Below, piece after piece: positions 1-9,494 of a stretch of DNA of 57,950 nucleotides (position 1 is the first letter of the stretch; each line of letters opens with the position of its first letter). Below the pieces are notes generated by a model that did not search any database, was not told the DNA's origin, and was given only the letters and a program-made list of their open reading frames with translations. The stretch comes from a virus. Its lineage: Duplodnaviria > Caudoviricetes. A program made the translations under genes and the position numbers. The stretch lies in IMG/VR virus record IMGVR_UViG_3300042879_003295, positions 1-57,950 of that record, one strand, 5' to 3'.

Positions 1-10
1 CGAATAGCAA

Positions 11-98
11 TACGAGTGCCTGGATTCGAACCAGGTCAAAGCCGCTAATCTGGCGGAAAGAGTTTATAAGACTCCTCTGACTACCAAGTCTCACTCGC
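11..98 (-). tRNA. tRNA-Ile(UAU), non-canonical cloverleaf with long variable arm, no encoded CCA
   Basis: Reverse complement folds: acceptor GCGAGTG/CACTCGT + discriminator A, D arm GACT-TGGT-AGTC, anticodon loop CT-TAT-AA, variable arm CCGC/GCGG, T arm CCTGG-TTCGAAT-CCAGG. Confidence 0.85.
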
Positions 99-106
99 TC
101 TACGGT

Positions 107-280
107 TTATGATGCTTCGTTGTTACACTCAGTGTGTATTCGTACAAAGTCATCATCCGCAGGTATCATAACTGCTGCTCTACCATTCTCATCAATTATT
201 CCTAAACTTTCTCCGTTTTCCACTCTCTCAATCAGTTCGTCAAAACGTTCTTGAAATTCTTCCACCGTGAAAACTTCCAT
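107..280 (-). CDS. Small protein (57 aa), Phd/YefM antitoxin-like N-terminal domain
   Basis: Manual translation MEVFTVEEFQERFDELIERVENGESLGIIDENGRAAVMIP resembles the Phd/YefM pattern; below the ORF-track cutoff. Confidence 0.6.
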   Translation of the reverse strand: MEVFTVEEFQERFDELIERVENGESLGIIDENGRAAVMIPADDDFVRIHTECNNEAS

Positions 281-311
281 TCATTTCTTTTTCGGTATTT
301 ATATTATAGCA

Positions 312-512
312 TCACTGCCCATAAACGGCAAGATCAGCATACTCAATCTGCTCAGGATCAAGTTGAGCGGTGACAACTTCCAACACATTCATAAACTCCT
401 CAACAGTCTCACACTCAACCAGGCGCTCGCTGCCCTGATCGCTGAGAAGAAGGAAGGTGCGGGTGCATACATCAATCACAATGCCCTGAACGGTTTCTTG
501 TGCGGTGCTCAT
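312..512 (-). CDS. Hypothetical protein (66 aa, acidic)
   Basis: ORF directly downstream of a consensus sigma70 promoter, same strand as its neighbours. Confidence 0.7.
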   Translation of the reverse strand: MSTAQETVQGIVIDVCTRTFLLLSDQGSERLVECETVEEFMNVLEVVTAQLDPEQIEYADLAVYGQ

Positions 513-537
513 CTGGTGTTCCGTTGATTACCCCCAT

Positions 538-566
538 ATTATAGGGCAGATGGGGGCGGGTGTCAA
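538..566 (-). promoter_or_regulatory. Sigma70-type promoter
   Basis: TTGACA-N17-TATAAT, perfect consensus on the minus strand. Confidence 0.85.
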
Positions 567-991
567 GGGGTCAATCCAAGAAGAGTTCTGAGTTCTTCTA
601 CAGTGAGACCTGATTGCGCCAACTTTTGCTCTGGAGTAAGTTCTGGTGGTGGTAATATTTCTTTGAGTTCCCAACTACCATCCCACGTTAGATAAAATCC
701 TTCTGGGACTTCAGGTGGGACTTCTTTTGTTGCATTTTCTGGTGAAATTAGAGGATCTTGATGATAGATTACATTTCCAGTATCGGTACTATAGTAAACT
801 CCACTACAATTATCAATAATACTCCAAGAAGATCCATCAAATACTGGAACCTCAGATTCATCACATTCTGGTGGTTCCAGTTCTGTTGCATACGCAGGAA
901 TTAGAAATACTCCAGGTTCTAATGGGGATTCATCTGCATCCGAAGAACCAAGATAGACTTTATAATCGGGATGATAGTGATAAATTTTCAT
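563..991 (-). CDS. Tail fibre assembly protein (Tfa-like)
   Basis: IYHYHP..YLG...ADESPLEPGVFLIPAYAT..EPP pattern; immediately downstream of a tail-collar fibre gene. Confidence 0.75.
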   Translation of the reverse strand: MKIYHYHPDYKVYLGSSDADESPLEPGVFLIPAYATELEPPECDESEVPVFDGSSWSIIDNCSGVYYSTDTGNVIYHQDPLISPENATKEVPPEVPEGFYLTWDGSWELKEILPPPELTPEQKLAQSGLTVEELRTLLGLTP

Positions 992-1000
992 AATACTTTA

Positions 1001-1966
1001 TTAATATTTTATACAAGCAAGAAGAGCAATGTTACGAGAACGAGTTTCTGTACCTGTTCTAGCACTTGGTGAGTTTGCTGAATTAAAGTTCAGTAAAGAC
1101 CCAGTTGCGGAAGTATCATACTGTGGAGAACTTAAAAAAGTTGACCCATCAATTGTACTTCCAGTAAATGCTCCCGTAATATTACCCCTTACAACAGCAT
1201 ATGTTGCTGTTAAACTACCAGTAATTTGTTGCATTTGATCTGCTTGAGCAGATCCAAAAACTCTTGCACTATCAATTCCACGACCATCATCCCATCCTCT
1301 TGGGAATTCACCTCTTAAGTCTGGAACACTAAAAGAAGAACCACTTCCACCAAAAGTATATCCGATTGCAGAAAATAATGCAGAATAAGTTCCAGTACTT
1401 AATGATGCACCATTTGCTTTTAACCACCCAGATGGTGCGGTATTTCTAGCAAAAAATTGTACCGCTCCTGGAGGAATTGACAGATAACCTCCAGAATTAT
1501 CTGTAACTGAACTAACTCCAGAAATTGTATCCGTAATTCCATTAATAGTAACTGAAGAAGATCCTACAGTTAGAATACCAGTGATTCTCGCGTTTCCATT
1601 AACAATTATTGATGTAGTAGTAACAATTCCTGCAGAAAAACCTCCTGTTCCACTTCTAAGTACTATCTGTCCACCTATATTATCAGGTGTTCCACCAACA
1701 CTTGATGCAGTTAAGTATGTTGTAGTATCAACTGACCCATCTCCCTTTAAAAATTGGTTGGAAGTCCCATTTTTTCTAGCAAAAGAATTGGCAGAAAGGT
1801 TTCCACCAGTGTCTAAATTTCCACCAATAGTGGCATTTCCAAGTATTTCACAATCTCCAGAAATACTAGTATCGCCAAGTATTTCAGAATCTCCAGAAAC
1901 ACTGGAATTTCCATAAGTTTGAGTGCCGTTATTAAATACGACTTGATCGTTAAAAACGTTTGACAT
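1001..1966 (-). CDS. Tail fibre protein with phage tail-collar domain
   Basis: PPGAVQFFA..TAPSGWLKANGA..S...YSALFSAIGYTFG......F.VPDLRGEF.RGWD.GRG.D and C-terminal ETRSRNIALLACIKY. Confidence 0.9.
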   Translation of the reverse strand: MSNVFNDQVVFNNGTQTYGNSSVSGDSEILGDTSISGDCEILGNATIGGNLDTGGNLSANSFARKNGTSNQFLKGDGSVDTTTYLTASSVGGTPDNIGGQIVLRSGTGGFSAGIVTTTSIIVNGNARITGILTVGSSSVTINGITDTISGVSSVTDNSGGYLSIPPGAVQFFARNTAPSGWLKANGASLSTGTYSALFSAIGYTFGGSGSSFSVPDLRGEFPRGWDDGRGIDSARVFGSAQADQMQQITGSLTATYAVVRGNITGAFTGSTIDGSTFLSSPQYDTSATGSLLNFNSANSPSARTGTETRSRNIALLACIKY

Positions 1967-2508
1967 TAGAATGGACCACCACTAAATCCTTCTGCAACAG
2001 CATCTACATAAGTTCCTGCAAAACAAATATCACCAAAAGTAGATCCTGGAGGGGCAAGATTTCCCATCAGAGCATCACAAGATGCTTCTTGCCCCTGAAT
2101 TAAGAACCTACCACCTTGTTTAATGTTGACATCTTTACCAGCAACAATATCAACGTTTTCATCAGCATCAATCACAATATTCTTTGCACGAATTCTCACT
2201 GCTCCGTTTTTTTCTGCAGTTATACAAATGTCTCCATTCTTTCCAACAATTGTAATATCTACACCAGTTGATTTTGCTTTTTGTCCAGCAACAATCTCGA
2301 CAGATCCATCATTATAAATTTTATAAATTCCACCCTCACTTAGTCCACAAAGACTTACATCTTTATTGTCCGTTACACCATAAAGAGTATAGACTTCAGT
2401 TCCGTTTGTCCCCATTTGAGGATTGTTTAGGTCTATACGGAACTTAGGACCAAAAGAATTGATGCTTCTTTGATGCCATTTTTGATTACTCTTAGGTCTT
2501 TCTGCCAT
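1966..2508 (-). CDS. Baseplate central spike-like protein (gp5 C-terminal beta-helix-like)
   Basis: Short periodic beta-repeats (NIVIDADENVDIVAGKDVNIK); abuts gp5. Confidence 0.55.
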   Translation of the reverse strand: MAERPKSNQKWHQRSINSFGPKFRIDLNNPQMGTNGTEVYTLYGVTDNKDVSLCGLSEGGIYKIYNDGSVEIVAGQKAKSTGVDITIVGKNGDICITAEKNGAVRIRAKNIVIDADENVDIVAGKDVNIKQGGRFLIQGQEASCDALMGNLAPPGSTFGDICFAGTYVDAVAEGFSGGPF

Positions 2509-4497
2509 TTACTTTAAGATACAATCTACAACGTTAATTATTTCACCTTGGAATTCCTGCTCTTCTATGAGAATTGGTCTTAGAAGTGCTCCTGATCCAT
2601 CCGACTTAATTCTTATATCTGGATCATCATCCAATCTAACGGTATTTAGAGGCGTAACCCTAGTGACTCTACCATCTAGTGTCTTAATTCTATACCTATT
2701 TCCAAACTTGTCTAATCCTTGATCACTATCACTGTATCCATTTCCACCATCAAGAATAGAAACTCCGTCAAGAATATAATTCCTTCTTCTATCAAAGTTA
2801 TAGTTTTCACCTTCAGAAACCAGATAAATTTCTGTTACTTGTCCACTATCATTAATAATTGATCTTGCCTGAGCACCATATCCTTGACCACATTCATCAT
2901 AAATCTCAACAAATGGTGGATATTCATATCCTGATCCAGAATTAATAATTCTAACTCCGATAATACTTGCAGTCGCATCTCGACCAATGCCACTATAAGC
3001 ACCAAAAATAGGAATAGCAGAACATCCTTGTCCTCCACCACCAAATATATTGATGGTTGGTGGTTCGCAAATTACTGGTGGTCCCGTAAAACATCCACCA
3101 AGAGGAGTTCTTGTTCCTGGATTACGAGTTCCTGAATTAAAGATATCAAATCCACCTAGTACACTGTCAGAAAGAGATTTAGCAACATTTGCCTGTTGTA
3201 GTATTTGATCAAATGGTGTTCCTGGAACATTGATTGGTCCTTGTCCGATTACCCACTGAGTAACTCCACTTCCTCCTGATGGACTTTGACCACAAGCAAG
3301 TGAAGGATCTCCACCAGATAATCCATCAACTGCTCCACGTAGAGTTCCTTCGATACTAAATCCACCAAAGAACTGAAGAATTGGACCTACAGCACCAATC
3401 AAACCACTCATTGCACCAGCAATGTTTCCAATAATATCATTTACTAATGCTCCAGTAAATTGATTAGCAGCACAAGCAACAAATCTCTGAACGTTATTGA
3501 CTACTCCCTGCAGTGCTGACTTGATAATTCCACCTAATCCATTAATAATAGTATTACTTATGCAAGGAATAGCATTCTGAATTGCCTTAATTGGAGCAGC
3601 CATTGCCTTCTGTGCTGCAACTCCTGCTAAGTGAGCACAAGGAGCACACTGTGTAGCAGCAAGAACAAGTCTATAAACTAAATCATATAAAAGTTTTAAA
3701 CCCTTATTAAAAAGAGGTGCAAGAGTTTTAAATAACTTATTGACCATATTGGTTACAAGTCCACTCACAATGGACTGAACTTTACCAACGATAATATCAA
3801 TTTCTCTATTAATAGTTTGCTGAATCTGTGCTGATGTATTGGTAATGTCAGCATTTAGATTTTGTACTCTACTGACTAAGTTACCAATTTCTGTTGAGAT
3901 TTTACTTGTTACACTTCCTTTACTGGGAGATGCTAACTGAACCTTATCTCCAATTGCACTGAAATAAGAGATTTCTCCATTTCCAATACTCTTTGCTTGT
4001 GCTGGAGAAACAGTTCTTGGACTTTTTTGTGAGGCAGAATTTTGTTCATTAGATTCATTCTTCTGAACACCACCATTTGGTTCCTTGATTTGATCACTAT
4101 ATCCTGTAAAAGGTTGGAAAGGACCTTCATAATCTGTCGAAGGAACTTGAGAAGTTCTTCCAAATGTTGATAGAACAACAGGGATTTGAGCATTATCACC
4201 ATCTAGGAAAAATCCAAAAACAGTGTCTCCAGGTTGTAACTTTACATCCGTTGCAACGTTTGCAGCACCACTACCAGCAGTTGTAGGAATAAGAACTTGT
4301 GCCCAAGGCAGATCATCATTAGGTAATTCTTTTTCACTATACGGATGATACCCTAGAATTCTAACCTTAGTTCTATTTCCCCATCCAGCACCCCCTGCCT
4401 GCCCACCCTGAGCACCGATAGGAGGAATCTGACCGATCCACCAACGAAATCCGTCTCTGCCTAGAAAATTACTTTTAAGTAGTGATTCGTCGATCAT
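2509..4497 (-). CDS. gp5: Baseplate hub/spike protein gp5 (N-terminal OB fold; no recognisable lysozyme domain)
   Basis: FRWWIGQI...RTKVRILGYHP....LP.DDLPWA...GDTVFGFFLDG.NAQ.PVV is the gp5 OB-fold signature. Confidence 0.85.
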   Translation of the reverse strand: MIDESLLKSNFLGRDGFRWWIGQIPPIGAQGGQAGGAGWGNRTKVRILGYHPYSEKELPNDDLPWAQVLIPTTAGSGAANVATDVKLQPGDTVFGFFLDGDNAQIPVVLSTFGRTSQVPSTDYEGPFQPFTGYSDQIKEPNGGVQKNESNEQNSASQKSPRTVSPAQAKSIGNGEISYFSAIGDKVQLASPSKGSVTSKISTEIGNLVSRVQNLNADITNTSAQIQQTINREIDIIVGKVQSIVSGLVTNMVNKLFKTLAPLFNKGLKLLYDLVYRLVLAATQCAPCAHLAGVAAQKAMAAPIKAIQNAIPCISNTIINGLGGIIKSALQGVVNNVQRFVACAANQFTGALVNDIIGNIAGAMSGLIGAVGPILQFFGGFSIEGTLRGAVDGLSGGDPSLACGQSPSGGSGVTQWVIGQGPINVPGTPFDQILQQANVAKSLSDSVLGGFDIFNSGTRNPGTRTPLGGCFTGPPVICEPPTINIFGGGGQGCSAIPIFGAYSGIGRDATASIIGVRIINSGSGYEYPPFVEIYDECGQGYGAQARSIINDSGQVTEIYLVSEGENYNFDRRRNYILDGVSILDGGNGYSDSDQGLDKFGNRYRIKTLDGRVTRVTPLNTVRLDDDPDIRIKSDGSGALLRPILIEEQEFQGEIINVVDCILK

Positions 4498-5846
4498 TTC
4501 TTATTATTAGCTCCGTATCTACCAAAAGTATCTCTAATAAGTTTCATCGATGTATAAGATGATTCAGAGTCAAAGTGATGGCATAGTTCCTTAATCATAT
4601 ATAGACCGCTTTGCTCCTGATCATACTCTTCCTTATCTCCCGATGAAATTTTAGGGAAATGACAATTAATAATGTCTCCAGCCGAAAGATTTGTGTTTAG
4701 AGGGATGAGCATATCAACTGCCTGTGTAAACAAGACATTATATCTCATCAAAGATTGTGATTGATATTTAAAAGGATCTGCATTTTCATCAGTCGAAACA
4801 TCTTTCTCCATTGTACCAATGTCAAGGCATTGTGTAATAATTCTAGTTGGAGTGTCTCCTAAACTCTTTCCATCAGAACCAGATAACTTAGGAAGTTTAA
4901 GTTTATCTCCCAGATTTTTTGCCTTGCCTACATAATCTTCGAGTTTAAAGATACCTTTTTGAGGATCTGTAAACTCAAACGTAAGTGGGTTATAAAACAT
5001 ACGATAACTTGAGTATGTTCCTAATCTTAATTTCTCGATTAGATTTTGATTTTTATCAGTAGTAAAATCTAAAATATTAAAATCACTGTTTTCCTGTTTA
5101 CCTTCAGTATCATAAGTTTCTTGGGCACCTGATAGTGTATAAGTTGCTTTTGATTCTTGTCCCATTAAACCATCAATAGATCTAAACTGAAATCCATCTT
5201 TGGTTTGATAAAAAACAAATCCTGCTGTTCCATCACCAGATGTATCACCAGGAACTGCTTTTGCTGATAACCAAGTGCAAACAGTGAATGGCTTTCTCAG
5301 ATTACCAATAAATCCATATTTGTTTTGAGTCTTATCCAATTTTCCTATTTTTTTAGTCCTTAGGACATTTTCTAGAATACTTCTAATAGAAGCATCAATT
5401 GTCGAACTAGTTGGATATTTTTTTGTAACTCTTACTGTTTCGTTTGTGATCGCTTCTCTTGATGTTAAATTTAGTAAGAATGATTCTGATTGTGGATTAG
5501 ATATAACTTCAGTAATACTCGAAACGTAAAAATAATCATCCACCTTAGAAAAATCTAGTGGTTTATTCTTATCAGAATTAGCGGCAACTTTTATTGATAC
5601 TCTTTCTCCACCTCTTAAAGGTAGACCATTGTAGATAGATTGTCTAGCGCCATCTGGAGTTCCTTCTTTATCTGGCGCCTGAATACTGTTGCCATCGTTT
5701 ACAACTCTAATTTTTGCAGTAATCGTTGGTGAAAAAATGTCTTCATAATAATCAAACGCAATGATACCACCTTTGATATCAACGATTCTTTTTTGATCGT
5801 TTGATTCTATGAAAGCTTTTTCATATGTAGATTTTTTTGTTGACAT
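4494..5846 (-). CDS. Putative baseplate hub protein (gp27-like)
   Basis: 450 aa directly upstream of gp5; YYEDIFSP.ITA, FVFYQTKDGFQFRSID and SGLYMIKELCHHF motifs of contractile-tail hub proteins. Confidence 0.6.
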   Translation of the reverse strand: MSTKKSTYEKAFIESNDQKRIVDIKGGIIAFDYYEDIFSPTITAKIRVVNDGNSIQAPDKEGTPDGARQSIYNGLPLRGGERVSIKVAANSDKNKPLDFSKVDDYFYVSSITEVISNPQSESFLLNLTSREAITNETVRVTKKYPTSSTIDASIRSILENVLRTKKIGKLDKTQNKYGFIGNLRKPFTVCTWLSAKAVPGDTSGDGTAGFVFYQTKDGFQFRSIDGLMGQESKATYTLSGAQETYDTEGKQENSDFNILDFTTDKNQNLIEKLRLGTYSSYRMFYNPLTFEFTDPQKGIFKLEDYVGKAKNLGDKLKLPKLSGSDGKSLGDTPTRIITQCLDIGTMEKDVSTDENADPFKYQSQSLMRYNVLFTQAVDMLIPLNTNLSAGDIINCHFPKISSGDKEEYDQEQSGLYMIKELCHHFDSESSYTSMKLIRDTFGRYGANNKK

Positions 5847-7702
5847 CAGAGATATGAGAGTTCTACTAAAAGTCTATTTTTTATAAAGGTATTTAACAGT
5901 TCTGATTGACCTTTTGCAGATCCTGAAGAAATCGCAGATACTCCTGCTGAACCACCACCTCCACCATAACCTGGTGGAACTGCCGCACCAGATGCTGGAA
6001 ATTCTGCAAAAACAACTTCACCTTCTCTTGATGGAGTAATTGATCCAGAAACATTTTGTTGTTGCATAGCAGTAAACTGTCCTGGTGCAACTCCTGCTGC
6101 TCTTTGTGCATCTGGTAAAAACTTTTTATAGTTGCCATCAGTAAAACCAGACCAAGCAGTTATTCCTTGACTTTCATAAATCATCTTCGCTGCTTTTGCA
6201 TTTAATAAAGGATCATATAATTGCTGTGGGGAGGTTATTCCAATCTTTCTCAAATTAGCAGCGTGAACTGGCCAACGAATCTGCCAGAGACCATACACTT
6301 CAGTATCAGATCTCATAGATGTGGATTTTCCACGAGATTCTTGCATAGCAACTGCACCCATAAGAACATCCAAAGGACCACTATATCCTGCAACATTAAC
6401 TTGTTTAGTCATACCAACTTGTTTTGCAAGCGAAACTAATTGTGCAGTTGATAATGTTCCTCCAGAAGGTGCTGGTTGACCCATCAAAGTTTGTTGTGGA
6501 GTTGGATTTGCAATTGTTGCTGGTTGTGATGTTTGAGTAACTTTAACATTTCCACCACCTCTAACATAATTGTCAATTTGTGATGCAGGATTAACTTTAC
6601 CAGTAATAGTTCCATTCCAACCACTCCCCAACTCAAAGTGTAAGTGAGGTCCAGTTGAGACTCCAGTACTCCCAACCTTACCAATTACAGTTGCTGCGCC
6701 AGACTCATTTTTAATTCTTGTCCCTTCACTAACATTAATTTGACTCAAATGACCATATAAACTATAAGTTCCATCATCGTGTTTAATAACAACATATTTT
6801 CCCCAACCACTTCTTCCTAGATCTCTAGTTTCAACAACTGTTCCAGGTTTAATAACAGATATGGGAGTTCCTGCTTGCCAAGGTCCACCAGAAATATCAA
6901 CACCACCATGATTAGTAGAAGCGCCAGCAGTTGGTCTTGTTCTAGGACCATAACCAGAATATATGTAAGGAGAAGCTTTTGCTCCACCAGTCGCAGCCAT
7001 AGATGGTCCCATATACGATGGGGGAAGCGATGCACCACTTTGTTCTTGTGGTGTTGGTTCTGTTGTTTCTTGAGGAGTTACATCTTCAAGTTTTAAATCA
7101 TCAAAAAGACCAAATCCTTTCTCAAATTCTGCAGACATCAAACCAAATTGTTTTTCGAGTTCATTCATTCCTTTCTGAACTTCTCCTGGAAGCGCAGCAA
7201 AATTAAAATCTGCAATTTGCATCGAAACGTTTTTTATTGTATCTCCAAAAGATACAACTGCTCGATAAGCTGCTCCTACAAAATTACTCAAAGAAGTCCA
7301 CAAAGATTCCATTCTCGCATAAAATGTTTGTCCCCACTTTATCCAAGTTGGTAGATTGGATAAAATCCATCCAATTGCCAAGCTACTAATAAAATCCATG
7401 ATTCTTCCTAAGAATCCCTTTCCAGGAGCACTTAATCTAACTCTTGCTGCTCCAGGTCTTCTTATTGTGAGTCTTGCTGCTTCAAATGCCTCTTTTTGCT
7501 CCTTTCTGTTTAGAGCCTCTATTTTTCTAGTATTGACTAACTGCCTGTTTCTAAAAATTTCTGATCTAATTTTAGTACGACGCTCAAAAACTTTATTAAT
7601 TTTACTAAAAGATTTCTTTGTGGCAAAAATACTAGATTTAATTGCCGATGTTTGTTGTAGTAAATCTTCCGTTGATTTTGTGAATCCTGATACAATTGCC
7701 AT
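5846..7702 (-). CDS. Tail-associated protein with helical N-terminus, M23 peptidase and lysozyme-like/transglycosylase domain
   Basis: M23 motifs HGGVD, YGHL, STGPHLHFE; transglycosylase-like AVAMQES.G, YGLWQI, LYDP..NAKAA, AW. Confidence 0.85.
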   Translation of the reverse strand: MAIVSGFTKSTEDLLQQTSAIKSSIFATKKSFSKINKVFERRTKIRSEIFRNRQLVNTRKIEALNRKEQKEAFEAARLTIRRPGAARVRLSAPGKGFLGRIMDFISSLAIGWILSNLPTWIKWGQTFYARMESLWTSLSNFVGAAYRAVVSFGDTIKNVSMQIADFNFAALPGEVQKGMNELEKQFGLMSAEFEKGFGLFDDLKLEDVTPQETTEPTPQEQSGASLPPSYMGPSMAATGGAKASPYIYSGYGPRTRPTAGASTNHGGVDISGGPWQAGTPISVIKPGTVVETRDLGRSGWGKYVVIKHDDGTYSLYGHLSQINVSEGTRIKNESGAATVIGKVGSTGVSTGPHLHFELGSGWNGTITGKVNPASQIDNYVRGGGNVKVTQTSQPATIANPTPQQTLMGQPAPSGGTLSTAQLVSLAKQVGMTKQVNVAGYSGPLDVLMGAVAMQESRGKSTSMRSDTEVYGLWQIRWPVHAANLRKIGITSPQQLYDPLLNAKAAKMIYESQGITAWSGFTDGNYKKFLPDAQRAAGVAPGQFTAMQQQNVSGSITPSREGEVVFAEFPASGAAVPPGYGGGGGSAGVSAISSGSAKGQSELLNTFIKNRLLVELSYL

Positions 7703-7703
7703 A

Positions 7704-9320
7704 TTATGTTACCACATTATAGTTAAATTGTGAATATAAAGCATAAAAATTATCAGGATTAGATGATCTAATCTTAGGAACATTTGTACTTGCTCCAGCA
7801 CCTCCCGATGGTCTTGCCATTGGTGGTGGAGATGGAACTGTTGCAACCACAGTTGTTGGTGGTTTTGATTCTGGTCCTAAACTTCCTGCTTTCACATCTG
7901 CTGGTTGAGTAGGAGCAGGTTTAACATCTGCTGGAGTTGCAGTAGATGCTGTTTGAGCAGGAACTTCTCCTGTTGGTTTTGTTCCTTGCATTCCTGCTGT
8001 TGGTGCAGGAGAACCCAATGAAAGAGACCTGGAATCAGGAGTCATTGGGGTTTGTGGAGTTACTGTGAGAGTTTGTGTAGTCTGAGAAGTTCCCTCCATT
8101 CCAGGAGGAACTGCTGCGCCAGAAGGAGGAAGTTTTATTTCTTGTGTTGGTTCTGTACTAGCCTCTGCTCCTTTCTGTCCTTTATCGTCTTTCTTTTCTC
8201 CCATCAAAGGAGTTTGTGGTTGAGCAGCAGGTTGTGTTTCTGCTGGTGAAGTTCCTGGTTGTTGCTTTGCTTTTTTTGCTTCTTCTAATTCTTTCTTTTT
8301 CTTATCAGTAAGATTGCCACCAAATGCTTCTAGAACTTCATCAATAGTAAAAATTGTACCAGCAGCTGCTCGAAGACCTTTAAATATTACTCCTTTACCA
8401 GGAATAATAGACATAGCAGCTAAGGCAGCATCAATATTTTCACCATTTAAGAAGTTCATTCCAGCACTTAATCCAGTGATTGTTTTACCAATCAAACTCA
8501 TAACGCCAAATTTACCACCTGGACCAGCAGGAGTTGGTGGAGTGCGACCTGGCGCACCTGGACTACCTGGAACGGTAGGACGAGTTCCTCTTACATTACT
8601 CCATCCATTTTTTATTGCATTAATTAATGCTTGGAATGGTTTAATGAATAATCCACTAACAACAAATCCACCAACTCTTGATGCTAGATTAATAATTAAA
8701 CCAACTACTTTACCAATACCTATTTTAATTATGGAAAGAACTCCATTACCAGCAACTAAAAATGCAAAAGTTCTGAGAATATCAAATCCAATTTGCTTGA
8801 GAGCCTCAACATCCTTATTAGCTACTGCATCAACTAATTTAACAAGTTGCTGAAGACCCCATCCCGTTAATAATATTGTTATAGCTCTTCCAACGTTGGC
8901 AAAAGTGTTATTAACTTTATTCGATATTGCTTGTACAGGAGCAGATAAAGCAGCTTGTATTTTATTCTCTAGTCTTTGCTCTCCCTCAGAACGTACCGCT
9001 CTTTCTGCTAGACGCTTTTGATATTCTGTATCAGCTCTTGCTGCCGCTTCTTCTAATTTACTTTCTTGAGAAATTTTTAAAGCAATCGAATCTATTCCAT
9101 TTCTTAAAACTCCAATTTCTTGCGAAATTGTACTTAAACTAGAAGAAATAGATGTAAGAGTGGATTGATTATTTTCTAAAAGTTCTTGACTTCTATCACT
9201 ACCAACATTACTTGATCCTATCGGACCAATTCCTCTACCTCCACCAAAAGCTGATCCAGAAACACGCTGGATTAGTCCACCCTGAAGTGAGTTAGCTAGA
9301 GGCGAGGAAATAACTGCCAT
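7704..9320 (-). CDS. Tape-measure-like tail/baseplate protein
   Basis: Coiled-coil N-terminus, hydrophobic Gly/Ala helices, Pro/Thr/Gln-rich C-terminus; follows gp26/gp51. Confidence 0.5.
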   Translation of the reverse strand: MAVISSPLANSLQGGLIQRVSGSAFGGGRGIGPIGSSNVGSDRSQELLENNQSTLTSISSSLSTISQEIGVLRNGIDSIALKISQESKLEEAAARADTEYQKRLAERAVRSEGEQRLENKIQAALSAPVQAISNKVNNTFANVGRAITILLTGWGLQQLVKLVDAVANKDVEALKQIGFDILRTFAFLVAGNGVLSIIKIGIGKVVGLIINLASRVGGFVVSGLFIKPFQALINAIKNGWSNVRGTRPTVPGSPGAPGRTPPTPAGPGGKFGVMSLIGKTITGLSAGMNFLNGENIDAALAAMSIIPGKGVIFKGLRAAAGTIFTIDEVLEAFGGNLTDKKKKELEEAKKAKQQPGTSPAETQPAAQPQTPLMGEKKDDKGQKGAEASTEPTQEIKLPPSGAAVPPGMEGTSQTTQTLTVTPQTPMTPDSRSLSLGSPAPTAGMQGTKPTGEVPAQTASTATPADVKPAPTQPADVKAGSLGPESKPPTTVVATVPSPPPMARPSGGAGASTNVPKIRSSNPDNFYALYSQFNYNVVT

Positions 9321-9324
9321 TTAA

Positions 9325-9492
9325 TTACTTTTTATTTTTTAAATTTTCTTCCTCAATATATTGTTGGAGAAGAGTTACATATATTTCTCTTTCCCAAGGA
9401 ATCATATTTTCAAGCTCTGTCAAACTATATTTATGATGCTGCATCAGGGCAAAATTAGTTTTATAGTATGACTCAAGATTTTCATGAGCCAT
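9325..9492 (-). CDS. gp51: Baseplate hub assembly protein gp51-like (55 aa)
   Basis: Manual translation MAHENLESYYKTNFALMQHHKYSLTELENMIPWEREIYVTLLQQYIEEENLKNKK, typical of the small ORF after gp26 in cyanomyoviruses. Confidence 0.8.
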   Translation of the reverse strand: MAHENLESYYKTNFALMQHHKYSLTELENMIPWEREIYVTLLQQYIEEENLKNKK

Positions 9493-9494
9493 AC

